57,611 nucleotides of DNA from Octopus sinensis (Eukaryota), in NCBI RefSeq assembly GCF_006345805.1, contig NW_021833713.1:1-57611 (forward strand), written 5' to 3'. This document shows positions 23,360-33,419 of this stretch, in pieces. The stretch's first letter is position 1; every line of letters starts with the position of its first letter. A program made the position numbers and the translations under genes. Under the pieces are notes generated by a model that had not been told where the DNA came from, did no database searches, and saw only the letters and a program-made list of their open reading frames with translations.

Positions 23360-26240
23360 TTGTGTCCAAGAGGTACGAATGAGGGGAACCTCAGCTGGAC
23401 TGCTTATAGGCAAAAGGGCACAGATACAAATTTTTCTGAGAACGCAACAAAGACAGACTAAGTAGTATGGGTATTCTATTAGCAGAGAAATGAAGTATAA
23501 GGTGACTGAAGTAGTGTGATAGGATTAAGGATTATTAAGCTAAGAATAACCTTGGTTGATGGAATTGTGTCAGTGATCTCAGCACATGTTCCACATCAAA
23601 CTCACATACTCAGAAGGGCCACATCTGCAGACTACCTTGATAATGAAAGATGACAACATTCACATCATTGCAGGAGTCTTCAATTGACATGTTGGACAGC
23701 ACTCCAATGAATTTCATGGTGAGCATGTTTAGTTGTGGTTTTAGCTCCAGAACTGAGAAGGGAACAAGGTTACTGAAGTTTTGTGATGCTCATGGCTTAC
23801 AAGTCTGCAACACCAAGTTCAGAAAACCTGCCAATCATATGATCACTTATCTAAAATCCAGAGATACAAGCCAATATAGAAAAGGATGTTGTAGAATCTC
23901 AAGGATCTTCCAAAAAGACAGAGATTTAGATGTCCTTAATGAAGCCTTTGATGAGAAGGGGGAAGAGATAGAGACATATAACATACAAGACAACTGGAAG
24001 TTCCTACGAGACAATCTACTAAGAGCAACAGACCAAATCTGTGGTTGGAGCAAAGCCTCTGCCAGGCCAAGGTGATGTGGTGGTGGACAGTGATGTTGAC
24101 TAGGCCATAAAAGAGAAGAGATAGGTCTATAAAGAATGGGATAAAAGGGTGGGAGTAGCAATTAATCATATCAGAAAGCTAAAAGGGAAGCTAGACATCA
24201 GGGTTATCTAGCTATAGTAGAAGCAGAAAAGAAGAGATTTGCCAATGTACTACAATGGGAAGATAAGAGATTTGAAGTGCTCCGAATTACCAAACAGAGT
24301 GTCAGTGAGAATCAAGATATTGTGCAAGTGTGTGCAGATGGATAATGGTATGCATACATTTAATGATGTGGACAAGAAAGAGGTGTGGAAAAGTTACTAT
24401 GTAAAACTGTTGAATGTAGAGAATGAATGTGATAAAGGGAGTCTCCCTCAAGTGAAACCAACAGAGGGACAGGCTGTCCTAGTGGTCAGCAGTATGGTAG
24501 ACAAGGCAATTAAAAGCTAAGATGCTCAAAATATCTGGTAAGGTAGGATACAGGATAGTCACCTGAATAGTTAACCAGGTTATTCAGGAAGGTGTAAATC
24601 CCAGTGTTTGGGGTAGCAGCATTATTGTTAGCTACTACAACAGTAAGGGGGATGCTTTGGACAGAAGTAATTAATTATCAAACTCCTGGACCAGGTGATG
24701 AAAATTAGAGAGTTATAGCTCAGTTAATTAGGAGCATGATTAGGTTTGATGAAATGCAGTTCAGTTTCATTGGAAGGAGAAGCACTACTGACACTATTTT
24801 CATAGGAGAAGTATTTAACTCAGAGAAGTATTTAACTAAGATAAACCCTATACTTGGTATTTGTTGATCTAGAGAAAGCCTTTGATAAAGTACCCCACTG
24901 TGTGATATGGTGGCTCTGAGAAGACTAGGGATAGACAAGTGGCTGGTGAAAGTAGTACAGACCATGTACAGAAACGATGTAAATAAGGTGAGAGTTAACC
25001 ATGAGTCCAGCAAAAAAATTCATCAAGGCTCAGTCCTGAGTCTCCACCTTTTCATCATTGTCCTCCAGGCCATAACAGAGAAATTCAAGACCAGCAGCCC
25101 TTGGGACTACTATATACTGATGATCTTATCCACAAAGCAGACTCCACATTAGAGCTAGAAGAGAAATTCCAGGTGTGGGAGTAAAATCTGGAATCTAAGA
25201 GCCTTAAGATTAACTTAGTAAAGACCAAAGTCTCAGTAAGCAAGAAAACAGACAGGACACTCCCTGCTTCAAATAGGTGACCCTGTTTGATTTCTGGGAA
25301 AAGTGTAGGTAGGAACTCCAAACGGTGTACCCAGTATAAGCTATGGACACACAAGAGGTGCAGTGGATTAACAGGAAGTTTATCAGAGAAGGTAATATTC
25401 ATACACTGAAAATGCACAAGATCCATAAAAACTATAGAGACTTAGGAAATTGATTCTCTCAAAAGCCCTGGTGGCTCATTAGAGATAGTAGGACCAAGTT
25501 AGGAGTGGAGGAGGATGCACAGAGAGTGTGATAGCTAGAATAAGAATAGGGTGGAGGAAATTCAGAGAGCTGTTACGTTTGTTAGCTATGAAAGGCTTTT
25601 CTCTTCAAATGGTAAGAAGATTGTATGACGCATGTATACAGACATCCTACATGCTAGTGAGATGTAGGCCCTGAATGCAGGGGACATGCAAAGGTTAGAG
25701 AGGAATGAAGCTGGAATGCTCTGTTGGATGTGTAATGCAAGCATACATATTTGACAGAGTGCTAGTGTACTGAGACAGAAGTTAAGTATAAGATGAATTA
25801 GATACTCTGTGCAAGGAAGAAGACTGCATTGGTTTTGTTCTGTGATGAAGAATGATGCTGACACTCCATAAAGAAGTGCCAGTCTCCCTAAGTAGACAGA
25901 ACACATCGGAATGGGACACCCAGGAAGACATGGGTACTAAAGATGACCTTAGGATGCTAAACTTTTCGGGTAAGATGACAAAGGACTGAAATGCTTGGTA
26001 CCTTGGTGTACTGAAGAAGACCCATGCTCCACAGTTGAATTGTTAATACTGGTCCCTCTGGTGAAGAGAATTGGCCTGCAAGAGTCCTGTGCCAGTACCA
26101 TGTAAAATTACCCAGGACACTCTGTGGTTGGCACTAGAAAGGACATCCAACTATAGAAACCATGCCATATTAGATTAGAGCCTGGTGCAGCTCTCCAGCT
26201 TGCCAGCTCTGGTCAAACTGTCCAACCCATGCCAGCATGA
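23360..26240 (+). mobile_element. Near full-ORF decayed RTE LINE (APE endonuclease plus RT)
   Basis: CCVQEVR, IIAGVFN*HVGQH, GTRLLKFCDAHGLQVCNTKFRKP, then HQGSVLSLHLF, the PHD-like region, the C-terminus and the shared 3' end. Confidence 0.85.
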
Positions 26241-26454
26241 GTCTTCTTAAAGTGAACTTAGTAGAGACTCAGTATCTGAACTGAGAGATGTAAGACAGAT
26301 ACAGGAATAAAGTCTATGAAGACAAGGAAAGCCCCTGGTTAATCAGGAATTACCACAATCATCTTCATCATTATCACCATTTAGTGTCCATTTATCATAC
26401 TAGCACCAGTGAGGTCACCAAATAACTTGCAAGTCAAAAATCTCTCAACTGAGA

Positions 26455-28420
26455 GGGTGAGTGGGTTATGACATAGTCAACGGTATGGTTAATCAGGTTG
26501 TCCATGAAAGTATCATGCCCAACGACTGCTACAAATGTAAAGGAAAGGGCTTAGACAGAAGTAATTAGAGGCATCATATTGCTGGAGCAGGTCATGAAAG
26601 TTACAGAAAACTACCATAATTCAACTAATTCAGAAGATAGTTAACCAAGATGAGATATAGTTTGTTTTTGTGCCAGGGCAACCAGTACTGATGCTATCTT
26701 CTAAGTAAAATAACTGCCGATGAAGTATTTAGTCAAATATAAACCACTGTATTTAGGATATGTTAACATGGAAAGAGCTTTTGACAGGGTCCCTCACTCA
26801 CTCACTGGGTATTCAGTATGGAAGTCAGCAATGAATATAGCAACAAATTTAGTTCACCAGGGGTTGATTCTCAGTCCCCACTTCCTTCAAGCAGTAACAG
26901 AGGAGTTTAAGATTGGTTGTATGTGGGAAGCTCCTGTATCCTGACGACCTTGTTCTTATGGCTGGATTTACAGTAGCATTAAAAAAGGAATATCAGGTGT
27001 GGAAGCAATGCTTGGAATCATAAGGCCTTAACTAAGCATAGCCCAAAGACTTGGTATGCAGGAAAGCAAATAAGTTACTAATCTCTTCAGGGAAATAGCC
27101 CTGTTTGATATGTAGAAAAAGTGTAGATAGAAGTTCCATACATTGTAGCCATTACAAGCTATAGACATAAAAGGTGCAGTGAAACCACAGAAAAGTTACA
27201 AGAGAAAGTACTCATTGTGTTTGGCAGATGTGCAGATACAATAAATACTAAGAACACACAGGAAATAGATTTTCTCAAATGCTCAGGAGGACCCTTAGTG
27301 GCAGTAGATAATTTTTGTGACCTAGGTGACCTAATTAGTAATGAAAATGGATACCCTGAAAAGATAGTAGCTAGAATAATAACTGAGAAAAGCTCAGAAG
27401 GCTATTCTCTTGATTGTTAACAAGGGCCTCTTCATCAGAGTGAAAGACCGATTGCACAAATGGTTATACAACACAGTAATGAAAAAAGGGCTGTGAATGC
27501 AGAGGACATTTGAAGGTTCTGATGGATGTGCAATGTTGGTGTAAATATAAAATAAAGCAGAAATGTGTTGAGAGAAAAATTCAGTATAAGAGGTATCAGG
27601 TGTAGTGTGCAAGAGAGGAGACTTCTCTGGCATGGCTACATAAATGCATATGTGTAAGGACAGTAGCATAAAGAAGTGCAGGTTGCTACATATGGATAGA
27701 ACATGTGAAAGAGGAAGGCCTAGGAATGAACTGGTAAAAAGTGACTTATAGAAGTTGAGCCTCACAGAAGAGATGGCTGGCTATTTGCAATCTTCCTAAC
27801 ACCCACTCCCTTCACCCATATTCAGCTCTCACTGCATTCTCTTCCTCTTTATCTCCCACTTACCTTTTGCACTCTCATGAACTTATATGCACACAATCTA
27901 TCCCTGATGAATACGTCTCTTCTCCACAACGCATCTTAACACTCCCTCCCTCCACCTGTATTCACTCTTCTTTTGCACTCTCATGAACTTAACTGCCCAC
28001 TCATCTTCTCCAATCTAATTACCACCTACTTCCAACCTGATGGTACTCCAACACATCTTCACCACCTTTGCTTCTCTCTTTCCTATTTCACCTGGAGTAG
28101 CTATGTATCTCCTCTACAGCAAGACACTTATTTCTGTCCCTCTATTCATACTCTAACCTTTCATGATCTGGCACAAAGCCACCTCCCTCAATACTACTCC
28201 CCACTCATTTAAGGAGTTATGTCCCGCAACTTATTTGGTGACCTCACTGCTGCTGTTGCCACATAAAGAGCACCTGGTACAGTAAAGTGATTGACATTAG
28301 GAGGAGCATCCAGCCATAGAACCATTTCGATACATACAGTAGGGCTTGCAGTCTTCTGGCTTGCAAGCTCTTATTAAACCATCCACACCATACCAGCATG
28401 GAAAATGGACATTAAATGAT
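26455..28420 (+). mobile_element. Heavily decayed RTE LINE with CT-rich UTR
   Basis: YVNMERAFDRVPH, HQGLILSP and CSGGPLVAVDNFCDLG. Shared 3' terminus at about 28250-28420. Confidence 0.8.
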
Positions 28421-28584
28421 ACTGATGATGATGAGGATTTATACATATACACATCTATGTATCTGAGTTGTGTCATCTTTGTATTTCTTTCTCACCACTT
28501 TACAACCAACTTAGATTTATTTGTAACCTGATGGGACTCCAACACATCTTCACTACCTTCTCTTCTCTCTCTCCTATTCCATGT

Positions 28585-28830
28585 GGGCATCTAGCATAGT
28601 GGTTAAGAGCACACTACTAAGCCCAAAATTCCGAGTTCAATTCCAGGTAGTGCCTTGAATAAATGATAATAATAACAATAACATTAACAAAAATACCTTA
28701 GGAATGAGAACCCAGGGTATGGTTCAAAATTCCACCAGGACACCTGATGAGGGCTGGGGAGTAAATCAGCCGAAACGTAGTAACAATAAACAAGATGAGA
28801 ATACATATCTGTACAATGTAAATAATGTAG
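28585..28830 (+). mobile_element. tRNA-headed SINE-like element ending in a hammerhead-like motif
   Basis: A-box TAGCATAGTGG (28592-28602), B-box GAGTTCAATTCC (28633-28644), CTGATGA (28744-28750), stem GGCTG/CAGCC and GAAACGTA (28772-28779). Confidence 0.6.
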
Positions 28831-28872
28831 AGAATAAAATCACACAATAAATAGGAAAAAATAATTACTTAC

Positions 28873-29178
28873 CAAATACTGTAATATTGAACATGCTGCT
28901 ATGGAGACCAGAACTGCAAATAATGCTCATGTTGTCTTCATCTAAACTAATGCTGGTTATACTCAATGTGCAGATTTTCTCTTGGCAACTAGTTTCTTGA
29001 CGGCTACCAAAATATTTAGGATAATTTTGGTTTACTGTTCCAAAGTATTTAGCAATAATTGTTCCATTTCCAATAAACCAAATTCTACTACTACCCTCAA
29101 CATTGCATTTCAATGTGAATTTTTTATCCTTTATGGCATTTGGTGCTTCAAAACTTGGGTAAAGATTCCCATTGTCAT
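28873..29178 (-). CDS. Host-gene exon encoding one immunoglobulin-like domain (IgSF protein), phase 1/1, 306 bp
   Basis: Acceptor ttgtcttttag (AG at 29180-29179) and donor GTAAGT (28872-28867). 102 open codons with Ig hallmarks: FTLKC (B-strand Cys), IWF (C-strand Trp), CTLSI (E strand), DEDNMSIIC (F-strand Cys) and FNITV (G strand). N-glycosylation sequons NGT, NMS and NIT. Confidence 0.8.
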
Positions 29179-29464
29179 CTAAAAGACAAATTATTACAAA
29201 ATAAATCAAACATTATTCATTAAATGACAGAACATTTTAAATATAATAAAACAAGGCTATTTGACTGTAGTCCATGTGTAGAACGAAAAACAAAGAAAAA
29301 ACAATAATATGGTACAAATATAACATGTAAAGAAAAGATTTCTTTTATTCTGCAGAATACAAAACAAAATCAGCTAAAACACATTGGAAGATATTTTATG
29401 GTGTAACAGGTTAAGAAGAAAGGTTGTAAACAAGTATCACAGTAAAATAGCAAGTAACAACACA

Positions 29465-29810
29465 ATCATCATCATCATCACTGTTTAATGTCTGTTTTCT
29501 ATGCTGGCATGAGTTGGACAGTTTGACTGAGGACTGCCAAGCCAGTAGGCTGCGCCAGGCACCAATCTGATCTGGCAAGGTTTCTTCAGCTGGATGCCCT
29601 TCCTAACGCTAACCACTCCAAGAGTGTAGTGGGTGCTTTTTAAGTGCCACCAGTATAGGAGTCAGTCAGATAGCACTGGAATCGATCATGATTCGGATGG
29701 TGCTTGTTACGTACCACTGGCATGGGAGCCAGTTGGGGGCACTGGCTTCAAGCATATTTGGATGGTGCTTTTTACATACCATCAGCGCGGGAATCAGTTG
29801 GGGGGCATTT
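29465..29810 (-). mobile_element. 5'-truncated RTE 3'-end copy
   Basis: catcatcat tail followed by the reverse complement of the shared RTE terminus and UTR modules. Confidence 0.85.
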
Positions 29811-30076
29811 CTGGTTAATGCTTTTCATGATAATTTAATATATAGAGGTTTAGTACTGTATTAATAAAAGGAAAACATCCCTTGCGAGAACATAATGTTA
29901 CTTTCCAGTCGAATAATATTGACTAGTTACATAATTAATAATCAGCCTGTCAGATCTTACAGGTGCTTTTGCAGGTATGCTAAAGAACAATAATAAACCT
30001 GAAGTGAAGAATAAGTGTATGAGTTTATTTGGCAAAAAAAAAAAGAAAAGAAAAATCATCCTCAAATATAACAATA

Positions 30077-30231
30077 GGTGCAGGAGTGGCTGTGTGGTAA
30101 GTAGCTTGCTTACCAACCACATAATCCTGGGTTCAGTCCCACTGAGTGGCACATTGGGCAAGTGTCTTCTACTATAGCCCTGGGCCAATCAAAGCCTTGT
30201 GAGTGGAAACTGGAAGAAGCCCATCATATAT
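30077..30231 (+). mobile_element. tRNA-derived SINE, 5' half (split by an RTE insertion)
   Basis: A-box TGGCTGTGTGG (30087-30097), B-box GGTTCAGTCCC (30130-30140) and ttgggcaagtgtcttct core. The same family is intact at 32935-33285 on the minus strand. Confidence 0.85.
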
Positions 30232-31458
30232 GTCTCGGGAGCAATAAATAACACCGAAAATGTGCAGAGAACAACTTCTGCTACATTCCAGGGAGAAAAA
30301 CAAGAAGTAGTTGATAGCTTCCATTACCTAGGTGACCAAGTCAGTAGCAGGGGAGGGTGCGCTGAAAGTGTAGCTGCTAGAATAAGAATAGCCAGGGCTA
30401 AATTCAGAGAGCTTTTATCTCAGCTGGTGACAAAGGGCCTCTCGATCAGAGTAAAAGGTAGTCTGTATGATGCATGTGTACGAACAGCCATGCTACATGG
30501 CAGTGAAACATGGGCTGTGACTGCTGAGGACATGCATAAGCTCGCAAGGAATGAAGCCAGCATGCTCCGATGTCAGTGTGCATACTCGACAGAGTGTGAG
30601 TGCCCTGAGAGAAAGGTTGGACCAAAGAAGCATCAGATGTGGTGTGCAAGAGAGACAACTGTGCTGGTATGGACATGTGGTGAGAATGGTTATGGATAGC
30701 TGTGTGAAAAACTGCCACACCCTAGCAGTTGAGGGAACCTGTGGAAGAGGTAGACTCAGGAAGACCTGGGATGAGGTGGTGAAGCATGACCTTCAAACAT
30801 TGGGCCTCACCGAGGCAATGACTAGTGACCAGGACCTCTGGAAATATGCTGTGCTGCAGAAGACTCGGCAAATGCAAGTGTGACCATAACCTTGTGGCCT
30901 ATGCTAGGATGTAACCAGTTCACCTGTGCGTGCCTTTTTTTCATTGGACACTAAACTCTGTTTGCGAAGACCAGTTGAGGCAAGTGAAATCGAAGTCGAA
31001 ATCAAACTCGGTGACTGGCATCTGCTGCTAGTGAAGCACTAAGAGTACCATACGAGTGAGATCGTTGCCAGAGTAACAAGCTGGCCTTCGTGCCAACGGC
31101 ATGTTAAACACACCATCCAAGCGTGAGCGTTACCGTGTTGCCTTAGTAGCACTTGTGCTGGTGGTACGTGAAACATTCAAGCGAGGTCGTCGCCAGTGCC
31201 GCTGGACTGGCTCCTGTGCAGGTGGCACATAAAAGCACCATTTGGGCGTGGCGGTTGCCAGTGCCACCAAACTGGCCCTCGTGCCGGTGGCATGTAAAAG
31301 CACCCACTACACTCTCGGAATGGTTGGCGTTAGGAAGGGCATCCAGCTGTAAAAACTCTGCTAGATCAGATGGGAGTGTGGTTCGCCAGACCTCAGACAA
31401 ACTGTCCAACCCATGCTAGCATGGAAAGCGGACGTTAAATGATGATGATGATGATGAT
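30232..31458 (+). mobile_element. 5'-truncated RTE LINE inserted within the SINE linker
   Basis: VVDSFHYLGDQVSSRGG, LYDACVRTAMLHGSETW and GRGRLRKTWDEVVKHDL. Modular UTR and (GAT)n tail. Confidence 0.92.
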
Positions 31459-31463
31459 ATATA

Positions 31464-31499
<36 letters not shown>

Positions 31500-31500
<1 letters not shown>

Positions 31501-31735
31501 GTGTGTGTGTGTGTGTGTGTGTATGTTTGTGTGTCTGTGTTCGTCCCCTAACATTGCTTCACAACCGATGCTGGTGTGTTTACATCCCTGTAACTTAGCA
31601 GTTCAGCAAAAGAGACCGATATAATAAGTACTAGGCTTGCAAAGAATAAGCTCTAGGGTCGATTTGCTCGACTAAAGGTGGTGTTCCAGCATGGCCACAG
31701 TCAAATGACTAAAACAAGTAAAAGAGTAAAAGAGA
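31500..31735 (+). mobile_element. 3' half of the split tRNA-derived SINE
   Basis: gtgtctgtgttcgtccc...acaaccgatgctggtgtgttt...ggtcgatttgctcgactaaagg...aaaagagtaaaagag matches the 3' half of the copy at 32935-33125. Confidence 0.8.
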
Positions 31736-32374
31736 TATCTATCTATCTATCTACCAGCCGAAATTGCAAAGATAATCTGGAACTCGAATGAGGAAAAGAA
31801 TGAACCGTCCTTGTTTTCTTTGTTTCATATATCTGGATGTTCTGTTGTCCATTTTTTGTATCACCTAACTGTCTGGATGTTTTGCGTTCTTGTCCCATTT
31901 TGTATATATATATATATATTATATATATATATAGACATATATATACACAGTATTTTGGGGCATATAAGACACACACCAATTTTAGTAGGCCTAATCTACA
32001 AGAAAGAAATTACAGCTAACCCAAACTAAATATCTCACTCGTTTATAGGCATTGCAAAATTTTGGACTGACATCTTTTGGTAGGATAAGTTACGATAATT
32101 ATCTTAACACTACCAAATATCACTACTGACCTGCACAGCTGCCAGTATTGTCCATCATTAATAATACTAACCAATTCTACCCAAAGCCTGACATTCAGCT
32201 TATAAGGACAGAGCAATTTTTGAGGGAATTTTTAATCAAAATGTGTCCTTTATATGCTGGAAAATATGGTATATATATATAAATACACACACATACACAT
32301 ACCTATCAATGATAAACTTATACACATAATTTGCTTATATCTTTTAAGAATAAAAACACTTTCAGAATATAATA

Positions 32375-32690
32375 ACATTATGCAGTCATGTGTGGGACAA
32401 GACCAGTTGTCAACTGAGTCTATCATAAATATTGCCCCGTCACCTTCCTTTAACCAGGAAGGTGGCTATGGTGAAACATTGTGTATGGTGGACTCATTTG
32501 AAAGGCTTAGAGACAAATACTTTTCTCTCTGGCCAACCTGTCATCAACTTTTTCCGGTATTACTTGAAAAGGAAGGTGAGAGTAGAGAGGGAAGTTTTGT
32601 CTAATGAAAAGTTTAATAAAAGGTGGGTGAATGTAGCAAAGACGGTACACATGAATGATGGGCCCACTTTGAGCATGAACCTATTTTTTT
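32375..32690 (+). mobile_element. L1/Tx1-like LINE ORF2 C-terminal fragment
   Basis: VKHCVWWTHLKGLETNTFLSGQPVINFFRYYLKRKVRVEREVLSNEKFNKRWVNVAKTVHMN resembles Tx1-type ORF2 C-termini (pattern recognition). Confidence 0.5.
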
Positions 32691-32934
32691 TTAGGTTACC
32701 GTGGATTTTTTTCATAGGCTCTTCTTTCCATGGATAATCCTAGTCAGTGTTATATTTTCTCCCCCTTTTGGGAATTTCTACTAAGACATTACCTTGTTAT
32801 CTTTTTGTGTATGCATCTCAAACTGTTTTCGATCACTCTTGATCAGATTTGAAAAGAAAAATTCTACATTGTATTGTCCACACTGTGTTTAGCCCTGCAT
32901 TGTCTAATAAAGAAATTTATCTTTTCTTTCAATC

Positions 32935-33285
32935 ATTAGATTAATGCCATGCTGGGGCACCACTTTGAAGAATTTCAGTTGAATGAATTGATCTCATTAT
33001 CTATTGCTTTAAGTCTGGTACTTATTTTATCAGTCACTTTGCTGAACTGCTAAGTTACAGGGAAATTAATGCACCAACATTGGTTGTCAAGTGGGGGGGG
33101 GGACAAACACAGACACAAAGACATATATATGGGATGGCTTTCTTTCAATTTCTGTATACCAGATCCACTCACAATGCTTTGGTTGTTGAAACCATACTAG
33201 AAGACATTCGCCCAATGTGACACACAGTGGGACTGAACCTGGAACCATGTGGCTGGGAAGCAAAATTGTTACCACCAGGGCATCC
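32935..33285 (-). mobile_element. Full-length tRNA-derived SINE (head, microsatellite linker, 3' domain)
   Basis: Reverse complement of the two halves seen at 30077-30231 and 31500-31735. Confidence 0.8.
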
Positions 33286-33410
33286 AGCTGTAGAAACCAT
33301 ACCAAATCAGACTGGAGTCTGGTGCAGTGCCTCAGCTTACCAGCCCTGGTCAAACTATCCAACCCATGCCAGCATGGACGATGGATGTTAAATGAAGATG
33401 ATGATGATAT
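33286..33410 (+). mobile_element. Short RTE 3'-tail copy
   Basis: gggcatccagctgtagaaacc...atgccagcatgg...aaatgaagatgatgatg. Confidence 0.85.
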
Positions 33411-33419
33411 ATATATATA

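Noticed and set aside
28585-28655. tRNA gene
   Set aside because: A and B boxes are present but there is no complete cloverleaf or oligo-T terminator. It and the similar heads at 5250-5327, 30077 and 52300 are SINE heads.
29961-29998. 38-bp minus-strand exon-like segment encoding a signal-peptide-like GLLLFFSIPAKAP upstream of the Ig exon
   Set aside because: It has AG/GT ends but finishes in phase 0 in the hydrophobic frame, while the Ig exon needs phase 1. The other frames hit stops on joining. It cannot be supported without transcripts, and an unseen intervening exon is possible.
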